64,000 bases of DNA from Lachnospiraceae bacterium (GTDB lineage Bacteria > Bacillota > Clostridia > Lachnospirales > Lachnospiraceae). The notes beneath the pieces were generated by a model, which saw nothing but the letters and a program-made list of their open reading frames with translations, ran no database searches and was not told the DNA's origin. Positions 45,505 through 56,153 of this stretch are shown piece by piece (the stretch's first letter is position 1; every line of letters begins with the position of its first letter). A program made the translations under genes and the position numbers. The stretch covers positions 4,365-68,364 of the forward strand of contig JBJELB010000013.1 in the NCBI GenBank assembly GCA_051878935.1, read 5' to 3'.

Positions 45505-45945
45505 TCATTTTTCCGGCTTTGTTTGTACATATTGTATCATACCGGGTCCCAACACCGCTGTTGGCCGGGCAAGGAAGCCGTGTTTCTCGTAAAACTGCTC
45601 TCTTCCTTTTGCACACATCAGATCCAGCATCACAGTAGTATCTGCTATCCCCATATCTGCAACCCTGCTGCGCAGTTCATCCAAAATCCTGCTGCCAACG
45701 CCTTTACCCTGTGCCTCCGGCAGCACGATCAAATCTTGAATATAACAAATAACGGCTCCATCTCCCACCAAACGTCCCATACCAACCGGTTTGTCTTCAT
45801 GATAGCCACATAATACAATCAGGCTGTTATCTAACGCCTTTTTCGCCTGTTCCCGCTTCAGTTCCGGCCATCCGACCTGCTCTCTGAGGTGCAGGTAAGC
45901 ATCTACATCGATCTGTTCCTTATACAATATTTCTCCAGCTTTCAT
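45505..45945 (-). CDS. GNAT-family N-acetyltransferase
   Basis: 146 aa with the acetyl-CoA motif 'VLPEAQGKGVGSRIL'. Confidence 0.85.
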   Translation of the reverse strand: MKAGEILYKEQIDVDAYLHLREQVGWPELKREQAKKALDNSLIVLCGYHEDKPVGMGRLVGDGAVICYIQDLIVLPEAQGKGVGSRILDELRSRVADMGIADTTVMLDLMCAKGREQFYEKHGFLARPTAVLGPGMIQYVQTKPEK

Positions 45946-46156
45946 CTCATTCTACTTTCTCATCTATATCTTTCATTCTAACGTTGATATTGTATACAGA
46001 CACACATTCACTTGTCAATCTTCGTTTACTTTTAGTCCGTAAGGTGCTATACTGAAATCGGTGTAGGGGTACAATAAATTGTGAAAAAAATGTGATATCG
46101 ATGCAATAAAACTTTTGATTCCTGCATTAACTTATCAGAAAGGACAGAGACACTTC

Positions 46157-46684
46157 ATGATACAAGACAATTTAATTGAGCGGATTGCCCATGATGATAT
46201 GGCTGCTTTTGAAGAACTGTATCGTGCCACGGACAAAACCGTTTATGCCTATATCCTTTCCATTATCAAGAATCCGGAAGATGCGCAGGATATCATGCAG
46301 GACACTTACTTAAAGATTCGTTCTGCTGCCCATCTTTACCAGAATCAGGGGAAACCCCTGGCTTGGATTTTTACCATCGCGCGGAACCTGTGTCTAATGA
46401 AAATGCGCACGAATCAGCGTGTTTCCGATACTCCTCTCGAAGACTTAGAGGGAACGGCTGAACTCACATCTTCCGGCGATTTTCATAGCGAGGATCGCAT
46501 TGTATTAGAGGCTGCTTTGCAGATACTGTCACAGCAGGAGCGAGAGATTGTCATGCTCCACGCAGTATCCGGTTTAAAGCATCACGAGATTGCTTCAAGC
46601 TTATCGCTTCCACTCTCGACCGTGTTATCCAAATACAATCGCGCTCTCAAAAAGTTAAAAAAGAATCTAACAGAAAGGGAGTAA
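46157..46684 (+). CDS. Sigma-70 family (ECF-like) RNA polymerase sigma factor
   Basis: 175 aa from the ATG at 46157, with region 2 'DAQDIMQDTYLK' and region 4 'LSLPLSTVLSKYNRALKKLK'. Confidence 0.88.
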   Translation: MIQDNLIERIAHDDMAAFEELYRATDKTVYAYILSIIKNPEDAQDIMQDTYLKIRSAAHLYQNQGKPLAWIFTIARNLCLMKMRTNQRVSDTPLEDLEGTAELTSSGDFHSEDRIVLEAALQILSQQEREIVMLHAVSGLKHHEIASSLSLPLSTVLSKYNRALKKLKKNLTERE

Positions 46685-46689
46685 AGACG

Positions 46690-47868
46690 ATGACAAAACT
46701 GAATATTGAAGAATCGCTTCGTAAAAGCATCGCCGCTGAAACTCCTGATTTACTGGCTTCCTTGGTCGCAACACCGGTGACGAAGCTGTCCGAAGCCGAT
46801 TACATTGTGAAACAAAGACCAATCGAGAAACACCGGCGTTCCTATCGCTGGACAGCTGCTTTTGGCAGTGTTGCCACAGCATTCATGCTGTTTCTGGTTG
46901 TCATGTTACATGTAAACACAACAAAGGTGGGGCCTGTTCCGGATAATCCAACGGTACGCAGCACCATACAACCGGCTACTGTGGAAACCATAGTCACTTT
47001 GGATGTTAATCCAAGTATTGAATTAACCGCTGATGCCGATAATACATTGATTGATGTATATCCGTTAAATCAGGATGCCGAACAGGTTGTATCCTCACTG
47101 GATTTTGAGAATGCTTCTCTGGACGATGCCGTCATCTCCATTATGGAAGCAATTGCCGATAACGGTTATTTAACGAAAAAACAAAATAATTCGATTTTGG
47201 TTTCCGTCGACAACAGCGATGAGATGAAAGCTGATGAAATAAAAACTACTATCACGGATGATATTCATCAGGCCATCAATAACAAAAATATCAACGCTAC
47301 GGTTTACACACAAAATGTTACCAAAACCGAGGACTTGGTTGAGTCAGCTGAGAATTATCAGATTTCAGTTGGCAAGATGGAGTTGATTCAGAACCTGGTC
47401 AAACAAAACGGTGATTTATCTCTTGACGAGCTTGCTTCTTTATCGATTCGCGAGATCAGTAGAGTTGCAGAAGAAAACCATGTAGCAATGTCAGATATCG
47501 TGACCTGCGACACGACTATGGCAACACCGAAAGTACCGGAAACAGATACCGACAAGACGACGTCTTCTTCTTCGGATACTTCAATGGAATCAACTGCACA
47601 AACTTCTGTTGTGGCAAACGACTATGAGTTACAGGGTTCCAAGACGGAAGCAGCAACCAGCGCTCCGGCTGAAAAACAACCAAATGGCAAACCGACCGAT
47701 GCCAGCACAGCACAGGTTATTTCTCAGGATGAGAATGCTCATGTTAAGCCGGCGAAAACGGCAAAACCGGATCATTCCGATACCCAGAAGCTTCCTTCTA
47801 CGGAAACTTCTACAGAGAGTTTTGAAATTACGGATTCCGATTCCGAATCCGGTGAAATAATAGAATAA
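46690..47868 (+). CDS. Putative membrane-spanning anti-sigma factor with a Ser/Thr/Pro-rich tail
   Basis: The start is 6 nt after the sigma gene stop. It has a single TM segment ('AAFGSVATAFMLFLVVML'), an extracytoplasmic domain and a low-complexity C-terminus. Confidence 0.6.
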   Translation: MTKLNIEESLRKSIAAETPDLLASLVATPVTKLSEADYIVKQRPIEKHRRSYRWTAAFGSVATAFMLFLVVMLHVNTTKVGPVPDNPTVRSTIQPATVETIVTLDVNPSIELTADADNTLIDVYPLNQDAEQVVSSLDFENASLDDAVISIMEAIADNGYLTKKQNNSILVSVDNSDEMKADEIKTTITDDIHQAINNKNINATVYTQNVTKTEDLVESAENYQISVGKMELIQNLVKQNGDLSLDELASLSIREISRVAEENHVAMSDIVTCDTTMATPKVPETDTDKTTSSSSDTSMESTAQTSVVANDYELQGSKTEAATSAPAEKQPNGKPTDASTAQVISQDENAHVKPAKTAKPDHSDTQKLPSTETSTESFEITDSDSESGEIIE

Positions 47869-47889
47869 ACTTTCCTCCTAATATAACAA

Positions 47890-47940
47890 GAGGGTGTTTC
47901 GAAATGCACATTCTGAATTTCGAAACACCCTCTCCTTTTT
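47890..47940. terminator. Bidirectional terminator between the anti-sigma gene and mutY
   Basis: 16-bp stem GAGGGTGTTTCGAAAT / ATTTCGAAACACCCTC followed by TCCTTTTT. Confidence 0.85.
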
Positions 47941-49000
47941 ATTCTATTTGCTGCTTGAAGGTTTCAAATGCAGCCGGAATTGCAACATTTTCAGCCAGCT
48001 CCTCCGGGACGACCCATCGATAGGTATCTTCCTGCAACATCGTCCAGTCTGTTGGTTGCGTTTGAAAACAAACACGAAATCCTGTCATATGCCACTCCAC
48101 ATGGGAAAAAACATGTTTCCCTCCATCCAGCGAAGTAATGACATAATCTGTGATATTCTGCTCTTCCAGCCATTGCTCCACCTGTCGTTTCTCAAGCTTT
48201 CCTTCCAGATTAGGGAATTCCCACAGGTTTGCCAATAATCCATCCGCTCCTCTTTTATGAAGCAGTATCTCCTGACAATATTGCAGAAGTAATACCGTCT
48301 TCGATTCGATTCTTCTGGCTTTCTTCGCCTTCTTCACCGGAATCTCACCGGTTAATTCCTTTTGAAACGCCATACATCTCGTATCCCAAGGGCATTCTTC
48401 ACAATGTGGTTTTCCGTTTGGTATGCAAACCAATGCTCCCAATTCCATCAATGCCTGATTAAAATCCGACACACGCTCTACCGGCAGAACTTCCTGCAAC
48501 GCATCAGAAACCATGCGTTTGGTTGACTGCTTTAATACATCATCATAACAACCCTGCAAACGCATAATAATCCGTAAAACATTACCATCTACTGCCGTAA
48601 CCGGCTGTCCGAAAGCAATCGACGCTATCGCCCCTGCCGTATACTCGCCGATTCCCGGCAACTTCAATAACGTTTCATAATCATGCGGCATTTCCCCATG
48701 ATATTGTTGCATAATAATCTGTGCTGCTTTTTGAAGATTACGGGCCCGGTTATAATAACCGAGCCCTTCCCATAGTTTCATCAATTGTTCTTCTGAAACA
48801 CAAGCCAGATCCGCAACGGCAGGCAAAGCTTCCATAAAACGATAGTAATACGGTTTCACTGCTTCTACGCGCGTCTGCTGCAACATAATCTCCGATACCC
48901 AGATACGGTATGGATTCTTATCTTCACGCCACGGCAATACCCGGGCATTGTAATCATACCAGTTTAATAATGCTGCTACTATTTCAGAATCCAGTCTCAT
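47939..49000 (-). CDS. mutY: A/G-specific adenine DNA glycosylase
   Basis: 353 aa with HhH-GPD ('LPGIGEYTAGAI'), a 4Fe-4S Cys cluster ('C...C..C...C') and a NUDIX-like C-terminus. Confidence 0.92.
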   Translation of the reverse strand: MRLDSEIVAALLNWYDYNARVLPWREDKNPYRIWVSEIMLQQTRVEAVKPYYYRFMEALPAVADLACVSEEQLMKLWEGLGYYNRARNLQKAAQIIMQQYHGEMPHDYETLLKLPGIGEYTAGAIASIAFGQPVTAVDGNVLRIIMRLQGCYDDVLKQSTKRMVSDALQEVLPVERVSDFNQALMELGALVCIPNGKPHCEECPWDTRCMAFQKELTGEIPVKKAKKARRIESKTVLLLQYCQEILLHKRGADGLLANLWEFPNLEGKLEKRQVEQWLEEQNITDYVITSLDGGKHVFSHVEWHMTGFRVCFQTQPTDWTMLQEDTYRWVVPEELAENVAIPAAFETFKQQIE

Positions 49001-49005
49001 AATGA

Positions 49006-49659
49006 TTATTCACCAAATACCGCTTTGTAATCTGCCTGGAATTTCGCAATACCCTGATCTGTTAAAGGATGTTTTGTCATCTGCTTGATAACACTGTAAG
49101 GAACTGTTGCAATATCAGCACCTGCCAATGCACAGTCTGTTACATGGATTGGATTACGAACACTTGCTGCAATAATCTCTGTATCCAGCCCGTGAACAGC
49201 AAAGATGTCAGCAATCGTACGGATTAAATCAATACCAGGAGTAGAAATATCATCCAAACGTCCTAAGAATGGAGATACATAAGTAGCACCGGCTCTTGCT
49301 GCAAGCAATGCCTGATTTGCACTGAATACTAACGTAACGTTTGTTTTGATTCCTTCTGCAGATAACGCTTTACATGCTTTTAAGCCTTCTTCTGTCATAG
49401 GAATCTTAACTACCATATTCGGATGAATCGCTGCGATTGCCCTACCTTCTTCAATCATCGTAGGAGCATCTACCGTCGTTGCTTTTACCTCACCGCTGAT
49501 CGGACCATCTACAATGGATGCAATCTCTGCGATAACCTGATTAAAGTCTCTTCCTTCTTTTGCAATCAGAGATGGGTTGGTCGTAACACCACAGATTACG
49601 CCCATGTCATTTGCCGCTTTAATCTCTTCTACATTTGCTGTGTCAATAAAAAACTTCAT
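49006..49659 (-). CDS. Fructose-6-phosphate aldolase / transaldolase (TalC-Fsa subfamily)
   Basis: 217 aa with '[13 protein letters not shown]', 'TTNPSL' and the catalytic Lys context 'VVKIP'. Confidence 0.9.
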   Translation of the reverse strand: MKFFIDTANVEEIKAANDMGVICGVTTNPSLIAKEGRDFNQVIAEIASIVDGPISGEVKATTVDAPTMIEEGRAIAAIHPNMVVKIPMTEEGLKACKALSAEGIKTNVTLVFSANQALLAARAGATYVSPFLGRLDDISTPGIDLIRTIADIFAVHGLDTEIIAASVRNPIHVTDCALAGADIATVPYSVIKQMTKHPLTDQGIAKFQADYKAVFGE

Positions 49660-49754
49660 TCCTTTTTCTCTCCTTTTATTACATATGTATTTCTTAATAA
49701 CTATATATCATAATAGCACATGAGTACTATTAATGCTATCTTTTCTTAACAAAA

Positions 49755-50456
49755 TTAATGATCTTCACTGCCCTGACCATAATATGCATTGGCACCGTGT
49801 TTTCTCAGATAATGCTTATCTAATAAGTATTGTGGCTCGCGTTCCACTCTCGGATTTAGCGTCATGGTCTTGTACGCAAGCTCAGCAACTTTATCCAACA
49901 CAACTGCGTTGTATACAGAGCCCGCCGGCGTCTTTCCCCATGCAAATGGTCCATGATTCTTACATACGATACCAGGAATCGCCATAACATCACGGTCACC
50001 GATAGTTTCAACGATGACATTACCGGTATTTAACTCATATGCTTCATCAATTTCTTCCTCAGTTAATGCTCTGGTACACGGAATATCTCCATAAAAATAA
50101 TCTGCATGAGTCGTACCCAGAGCCGGAATATCCATACCAGCCTGTGCAAAAGTAACAGCCCATGTTGAATGAGTATGAACCACTCCCCCAATCTCAGGAT
50201 ACGTCTTGTACATAACCAAATGCGTCGCCGTATCGGAAGATGGTTTCCATTTTCCTTCCACTACATCTCCTTCCAGATCCACTACTACCATATCCTCTGC
50301 GGACATTTCCGCATAATCCACACCACTCGGTTTGATTACAACCAAACCGGATTCCCGGTCAATACCACTTACATTACCCCATGTGTAAATTACCATTCCT
50401 TTTTCTACTAGTTCCATGTTTGCTTCATATACTTCCTGTTTTAACTGCTCTAACAT
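49755..50456 (-). CDS. araD: L-ribulose-5-phosphate 4-epimerase
   Basis: 233 aa, class II aldolase fold, with 'GNVSGIDRE' and 'HTHSTWA'. Confidence 0.92.
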   Translation of the reverse strand: MLEQLKQEVYEANMELVEKGMVIYTWGNVSGIDRESGLVVIKPSGVDYAEMSAEDMVVVDLEGDVVEGKWKPSSDTATHLVMYKTYPEIGGVVHTHSTWAVTFAQAGMDIPALGTTHADYFYGDIPCTRALTEEEIDEAYELNTGNVIVETIGDRDVMAIPGIVCKNHGPFAWGKTPAGSVYNAVVLDKVAELAYKTMTLNPRVEREPQYLLDKHYLRKHGANAYYGQGSEDH

Positions 50457-50484
50457 CCCTGTTCTCCTTTCATCTGCTCCTGTT

Positions 50485-51573
50485 TTATATTCTCATCGCG
50501 GATTCCCGCACAATTAACTCGGCTCGATATTGATATTCAGGCCGTTCAATACGTCCTTCTATCATATCAATCATACATTTCGCTGCCCTGATTCCCAGTT
50601 CCTGTTTCGGATGTCGAATCGTTGTCAGCTTCACATCCGACGACACTGCCAGACCGGAATCATCAAATCCAACAATCGACAACTCCTGTGGACAGGCAAT
50701 ACCATCATTTCGCATTTCATCTATCATTCGCAATGCAACTTTATCATTATAACAAACCAATGCAGTCGGTCGGTTCTGTGCCGTCACAATCCGTTTGCGG
50801 TAATCACTCAGATAAACGCCCTGGTTGTCACTGACATATTCGCCCAAAAACTCTTCCCGTACCGCTACTCCATATTCCCTCATAGCTCTCAGATAACCTG
50901 CCCTGCGGTGAATTCCCTGCATATCGTCAACTTTAAATACTGCCGCAATTTCCGTATGTCCCAAATCCAGCAAATATTTTGTCTGCTGGTATCCGCCTTC
51001 TTCGTCGTCCACAGAAACGCAGGCAGAGTCATAATTGCGATATTTCGTATGGATCGTCAGGCATTGCTTCACTCCCGAGGAAAACATATCCAGGAAAGAT
51101 TTTTCCAACCGGTTTCCGGCGCTCTGACAAGGTTCCACAATCACACCCTGTATCATAGGGTTTTCCGCTATTCGCTTCAAACATTCCTGTTCCACTGATA
51201 GTTGATTGTTGCTGTTAAACAATAGCAGATTGTACCCACGTTCCCGGAGTTCCTGCTCGATACCACAGATAATACTAGGGAAAATATAATCAGATATGTA
51301 CGTCGTCAGAACTGCGATGTTCTTTTGTTTTTTCTGTGGCAGGATGCCGGAGAAGAAACTTCCTTTTCCTCTGACTTTTCGAATATACCCTTCCTGTTCC
51401 AGAGTTGCAAGTGCCTGCCGAACCGTATGACGACTCACACAAAACTGTTCTGCAATCTCTGTTTCCGCTGGAAGCTGTTGTCCTGCAGATACCTGTCCCA
51501 GGCGCATCTGATTACGATAATACTCTTCCAGTTCTTCGTGTTTAGTAGCCACTCCACCACCTCTTTTCTTCAA
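50485..51573 (-). CDS. araR: AraR-type regulator (GntR HTH plus LacI-type sugar-binding domain)
   Basis: Contains '[22 protein letters not shown]' followed by a periplasmic-binding-fold domain. It is divergent from araA. Confidence 0.85.
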   Translation of the reverse strand: MKKRGGGVATKHEELEEYYRNQMRLGQVSAGQQLPAETEIAEQFCVSRHTVRQALATLEQEGYIRKVRGKGSFFSGILPQKKQKNIAVLTTYISDYIFPSIICGIEQELRERGYNLLLFNSNNQLSVEQECLKRIAENPMIQGVIVEPCQSAGNRLEKSFLDMFSSGVKQCLTIHTKYRNYDSACVSVDDEEGGYQQTKYLLDLGHTEIAAVFKVDDMQGIHRRAGYLRAMREYGVAVREEFLGEYVSDNQGVYLSDYRKRIVTAQNRPTALVCYNDKVALRMIDEMRNDGIACPQELSIVGFDDSGLAVSSDVKLTTIRHPKQELGIRAAKCMIDMIEGRIERPEYQYRAELIVRESAMRI

Positions 51574-51706
51574 CTTGTCCGTACTAATTTGTATTCATTA
51601 TACAACTTCTCCTTCTCTCATGCAAGAACTTTTTCTTGTCAGGTCTGTTTTTTTGTATTATAATCTGTTTATCAAGCAAATTATGAGAAAACAAGGAGGT
51701 ATTTTT

Positions 51707-53185
51707 ATGCTTACTACACGCAATTATGAATTCTGGTTCTTCACCGGAAGCCAGCTCTTGTACGGACAAGAGACATTGAATCAGGTAGACGCCGATACGC
51801 AGAAAATGGTAGACGGACTGAATGCAACCGGTCTTCTTCCATATCCGGTTGTCTATAAGGGAACTTTAAAATCTTCCGAGGAGATTTTGACAGGCTGTAA
51901 AGCTGCCAATCACGCCGATGATTGTGCCGGCATCATTACCTGGTGTCATACATTCTCCCCGGCAAAAATGTGGATTCACGGATTAAAGGCACTAACAAAG
52001 CCATTGCTTCACTTACATACCCAGTTTAACAAAGAGATTCCATGGGATTCTATCGATATGGATTTCATGAACTTAAATCAGGCTGCTCACGGAGATCGTG
52101 AATACGGTTATATCGGAGCCCGCATGGAGATTCCACGAAAGATTATCGTTGGTTACTGGGCAGATGAGAAGGTTGCAAACCAGATGGCTGACTGGATGGA
52201 CGTTGCCGTTGGTTACTGCGAATGCCAGACTTTAAAGATTTGCCGTTTCGGTGATAACATGCGTGATGTTGCCGTTACTGACGGTGATCGCGTAGAGGCA
52301 GAGATTCGGCTCGGTTGGACTACCGATTATTACGGAATCGGTGATTTAGTATCCGAAATGGAGACCATTACAGAAGCCCAGGTAGATGCGATGATGGATG
52401 ACTATCGTACGCGTTATGATTTTGATCCTGCGGCAGATATCGACTCCATCCGCTATCAGGCTAAGATTCAATGTGCTCTGGAACAGTTCATGAAGCGTGG
52501 AGGTTATACCGCATTCTCCACCAACTTCCAGGTATTGCATGGCATGAAGCAGTTACCGGGTCTTGCCTGTCAGGATATGATGTATAAAGGATATGGATTC
52601 GGTGGCGAAGGTGACTGGAAAATCGCAGCCATGGTTCGTATCATGAAGATTATGGCACACGGAAAACGGACTTCCTTTATGGAAGACTATACATTAAACT
52701 ATGCTGGTGAGGACAGTGCCATTTTAAATGCCCACATGCTGGAGGTGTGCCCGACAATCGCCGAAACCAAACCGGTTATTGAGGTACACCCATTGGGTAT
52801 CGGTGACCGCGAAGCTCCTGCACGTTTAAAATTCAAGGGATATCAATCAGGACGCGGTGTTGCATGCTGTTTAAATGATATGGGTAACCGTTTCCGTCTC
52901 ATTGTTCAGGAAGTAACCTGTGTTCCTTCCAAGGATATGCCAAAACTTCCTGTTGCATCAATCCTCTGGAAGCCATTACCGAATCTTGAAACTGCGGCTC
53001 ATGCATGGATTCTCGCCGGCGGCGCACATCACACCAGTTTCTCTATGGAGCTGACTGCTACACAATTGGAAGACTGGGCAGAAATGATGGGTATTGAATG
53101 TGTCATCATCAATGAAGATACCAATATCCGTAATTTCAAGCACGAATTAAAATGGAATTCTGTCGCATACGGAATGAAGTTGTAA
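51707..53185 (+). CDS. araA: L-arabinose isomerase
   Basis: 492 aa from the ATG at 51707 (RBS AAGGAGG), beginning 'YEFWFFTGSQLLYG'. The track ORF start at 51575 is a spurious extension. Confidence 0.95.
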   Translation: MLTTRNYEFWFFTGSQLLYGQETLNQVDADTQKMVDGLNATGLLPYPVVYKGTLKSSEEILTGCKAANHADDCAGIITWCHTFSPAKMWIHGLKALTKPLLHLHTQFNKEIPWDSIDMDFMNLNQAAHGDREYGYIGARMEIPRKIIVGYWADEKVANQMADWMDVAVGYCECQTLKICRFGDNMRDVAVTDGDRVEAEIRLGWTTDYYGIGDLVSEMETITEAQVDAMMDDYRTRYDFDPAADIDSIRYQAKIQCALEQFMKRGGYTAFSTNFQVLHGMKQLPGLACQDMMYKGYGFGGEGDWKIAAMVRIMKIMAHGKRTSFMEDYTLNYAGEDSAILNAHMLEVCPTIAETKPVIEVHPLGIGDREAPARLKFKGYQSGRGVACCLNDMGNRFRLIVQEVTCVPSKDMPKLPVASILWKPLPNLETAAHAWILAGGAHHTSFSMELTATQLEDWAEMMGIECVIINEDTNIRNFKHELKWNSVAYGMKL

Positions 53186-53195
53186 TATAACCTAT

Positions 53196-53232
53196 AAAAA
53201 GGAACATCGCACGATTGATGTTCCTTTTCTTA
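53196..53232. terminator. Bidirectional terminator between araA and leuA
   Basis: AAAGGAACATC...GATGTTCCTTT stem flanked by A and T runs. Confidence 0.8.
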
Positions 53233-53239
53233 TTTTTCA

Positions 53240-54895
53240 TTATATTCTATTAATCGCTGAAATCAGTGCCAGAATCGTTGCATTGATAATATCATCATGC
53301 ACACCGGCACCCCATACGATATTACCTTCCGGATTCTGGATTCCCACATAGGCAACCGCATCAGAGTTAGAACCAACACGAAGTGCATGCTCCTCGTAGG
53401 AGAATACAGAATAATTCAGGTTACTATGACGCATAATTGCATTGTTTACAGCATCTAAACGTCCATTTCCTTTACCGTGGTAAACCTTTTTCACGCCATC
53501 TTTTTCAATCGTTACTTCTGCAGAAATTCCACCATTCTCCTGAACAAAATGACATTCCATCAGTTTGATATGATCCTCACGGTTAATATACTCCCGCTTG
53601 AAGATATCCAATACTTCTTCCGTCTGCAATTCTTTGTGCTCATGGTCGGATACGTTTTTCACCGTATATCCAACATCTTCTCTCATCTTTCCAGGTAAGT
53701 GGTAGCCAAATTTTTCTTCCAATACATAACCGATACCACCTTTACCGGACTGACTATTGATACGGATAACATCTCCGTCATATTCTCTGCCCACATCATG
53801 TGGATCAATCGGAAGATATGGAACGGTCCAGAATTCACGTTCTTCCATCTCACGCCACTTCATACCTTTTGCAATGGCATCCTGATGAGAACCGGAAAAT
53901 GCTGCAAACACTAATTTACCCGCGTACGGCTGACGCATAGGAACTTCCATTCGTGTTAAACGCTGATATGCATCTACGATTTCCGGAAGATTACCAAGTT
54001 CCAATTCAGGATCCACACCATGTGTATACATATTTAACGCCAGCGTTACGATATCCACGTTACCTGTTCTCTCACCATTGCCGAACAACGTACCTTCGAT
54101 GCGGTCTGCACCTGCCAGAATACCCAATTCCGCATCTGCCACACCACAGCCACGGTCATTATGTGGATGCAACGATACAATAACATTCTCACGATTATGC
54201 ATATGCTCACACATGTATTCAACCTGGCTCGCATACACGTGAGGCAATGACATAGACACCGTAACAGGAAGATTGATAATAACCTTCCAATCCGGTCTCG
54301 GCTGCCAGATATCAATCACAGCATTGCAAACCTCTAATGCATAATCTACTTCCGTACCGGTAAAGCTCTCCGGTGAATATTCAAAGCGGAAGTTACCTTC
54401 TGTCGTTGCAGCAAGGTCCTTCAACATCTGCGCACCATTCTTGGCAATCTCCAGCACTTCTTCCTTGGACTTTTTAAAGACCTGCTCACGCTGTGCATAA
54501 GAAGTCGAATTGTAGACATGAACAATCGCATTTTTACATCCCTCTAATGCTTCAAAGGTTTTCTTGATAATATGCTCTCTTGCCTGTGTCAACACCTGAA
54601 CGGTTACATCATCCGGAATCATATCCTTCTCAATCAAAGTACGTAAAAAGGTGTATTCCGTCTCAGAGGCTGCAGGAAATCCTACTTCGATTTCTTTAAA
54701 TCCAACCTTTACCAGATATTCGAAAAATTCCAGTTTTTCATCCAGACTCATCGGGATAATCAAAGCCTGATTACCATCGCGAAGATCTACACTACACCAC
54801 TGCGGTGCTTTCTCTATGTACTCTTTTTGTGCCCATTTTAAGGACTGGGTTGCAGGCATATAATAGCCTCTCTTGTACTTGTTTACATTTTTCAT
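53240..54895 (-). CDS. leuA: 2-isopropylmalate synthase (long form)
   Basis: 551 aa with 'DLRDGNQA', 'HPHNDRG' and the LeuA dimerisation/regulatory C-terminus. Confidence 0.93.
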   Translation of the reverse strand: MKNVNKYKRGYYMPATQSLKWAQKEYIEKAPQWCSVDLRDGNQALIIPMSLDEKLEFFEYLVKVGFKEIEVGFPAASETEYTFLRTLIEKDMIPDDVTVQVLTQAREHIIKKTFEALEGCKNAIVHVYNSTSYAQREQVFKKSKEEVLEIAKNGAQMLKDLAATTEGNFRFEYSPESFTGTEVDYALEVCNAVIDIWQPRPDWKVIINLPVTVSMSLPHVYASQVEYMCEHMHNRENVIVSLHPHNDRGCGVADAELGILAGADRIEGTLFGNGERTGNVDIVTLALNMYTHGVDPELELGNLPEIVDAYQRLTRMEVPMRQPYAGKLVFAAFSGSHQDAIAKGMKWREMEEREFWTVPYLPIDPHDVGREYDGDVIRINSQSGKGGIGYVLEEKFGYHLPGKMREDVGYTVKNVSDHEHKELQTEEVLDIFKREYINREDHIKLMECHFVQENGGISAEVTIEKDGVKKVYHGKGNGRLDAVNNAIMRHSNLNYSVFSYEEHALRVGSNSDAVAYVGIQNPEGNIVWGAGVHDDIINATILALISAINRI

Positions 54896-54934
54896 ATTGA
54901 TTTACCTCACTTTCTTTCCAGCTGTTCCCCGGAG

Positions 54935-55250
54935 CAGGTTTTTCATCATAACATAAAAAACTTCCACCTCCAGGATAAACCAAGAGACGGAAGTTGTTCA
55001 CTTACGCGGTACCACTCTTATTTCATACGAATGTATGCACTCAAACGGATACGAATCTTATGATCTTATATCCTCCTACGCTAACGGTTAGGCTCCGTCT
55101 CATCCTACTGCTCTTCCTAATTCACAAAAGCGGTTCAGCGAGCTACTCGGAGGCGAGTTCAAACATTTTTCCCAACTGCTTCACACCAGCCAGCAGCTCT
55201 CTGCATGTTCCAAACGTTCTACTATTCCTCGTCACTGTATTTGTATGATA
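54935..55250 (-). promoter_or_regulatory. T-box leader (leucine specifier CUC) with terminator, upstream of leuA
   Basis: On the minus strand the T-box sequence is AAGAGTGGTACCGCGTAAG (55001-55020). The terminator is CTTCCGTCTC...GGAGGTGGAAG followed by TTTTTT (54955-54995). The stem I AGAGA/GAGTA elements flank 'GAA-CUC-G' (CUC at 55155-55157). A candidate promoter is TTGACA, 17 nt, TTAGAT at 55262-55290. Confidence 0.8.
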
Positions 55251-55343
55251 TTGATAATCTAACATATAAACGGTAGGTATGTCAAATGTTAATTTCATAT
55301 GCTATAATAAAGTCAGAAATATTATGAAAAATGAGGGACACAC

Positions 55344-56147
55344 ATGGATCAATACAAGGGAATTTTATTTTTTGACTACGACGGCACATTAGTGGATGAT
55401 GCTGCTGGTATTTATACACCAACGCAGCTTTCTCTTCAGGCGATGGAGCAGGCCCGGGCAAACGGATATTTACTCGTACTGGCAACCGGAAGAACCATGG
55501 CATACATACAAACCTGTCCATTTACATTCGATGGATACGTTTCCACGAACGGAGCCTATGGCGAACTGCATGGCAAAGAACTATTCAACGATTATATTGC
55601 ACCGGCAAAACTACATGCACTATCCGAAGAAATGAAAACCAACAAAATTGCCGCTATCTTCGAGACACAAAAATGCAGTTATTGCACCAACCGTTCCACA
55701 CCATTAGTGAATTCCTATATTCAGCAGTTTAAATTGAATCCGGATATCTTTGTATCAATTCCTGCTGATTTGATTGATACTACGCCAATCAACAAGGTAT
55801 TTGCCATTGCCGATGATGACAAGCAGTTAAAGAAACTGAAACAGGATTTTTCCGGCCAACTGGAAATCGAGTTACTCTCACTTGGAACCTATGCCGATAT
55901 CACTGATTACCAAATGTCAAAAGGTATCGGTGTACGCAAATTCTATGAAGCACTCGGCATTCTCCGCGAAAACACCTATGCCTTCGGCGACGGCATGAAT
56001 GACTATACCATGTTGCAATGTGCAGGTCACGGAATCGCTATGGGCCGGCATATGGAACCATTAAAAAATGTGGCAGACTATATTACGAAGACCGTTGCCG
56101 AAGAAGGCATTGCCCACGCTCTACAATACTACCACATTATTGAATGA
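55344..56147 (+). CDS. Cof-type HAD-IIB phosphatase
   Basis: 267 aa with 'LFFDYDGTL', 'ATGR' and 'FGDGMND'. Confidence 0.88.
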   Translation: MDQYKGILFFDYDGTLVDDAAGIYTPTQLSLQAMEQARANGYLLVLATGRTMAYIQTCPFTFDGYVSTNGAYGELHGKELFNDYIAPAKLHALSEEMKTNKIAAIFETQKCSYCTNRSTPLVNSYIQQFKLNPDIFVSIPADLIDTTPINKVFAIADDDKQLKKLKQDFSGQLEIELLSLGTYADITDYQMSKGIGVRKFYEALGILRENTYAFGDGMNDYTMLQCAGHGIAMGRHMEPLKNVADYITKTVAEEGIAHALQYYHIIE

Positions 56148-56153
56148 TGATTG

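Noticed and set aside
51574-51610. Possible AraR operator (TTGTCCGTACTAATTTGT) between araR and araA
   Set aside because: It resembles the ATTTGTACGTACAAAT-type AraR box only partially, with an extra base that breaks the palindrome. Without a scoring matrix I cannot support it as a feature.
51575-51706. N-terminal extensions of several track ORFs: araA 51575, feoB 37932, feoA 38215, the ferredoxin 11992, azlD 22819, azlC 34263, the mreB-like gene 29247, punA 61192 and the sigma factor 46115
   Set aside because: In each case an internal ATG or GTG has a good Shine-Dalgarno sequence at 6-10 nt and matches the usual N-terminus of the family. The upstream extensions lack RBSs.
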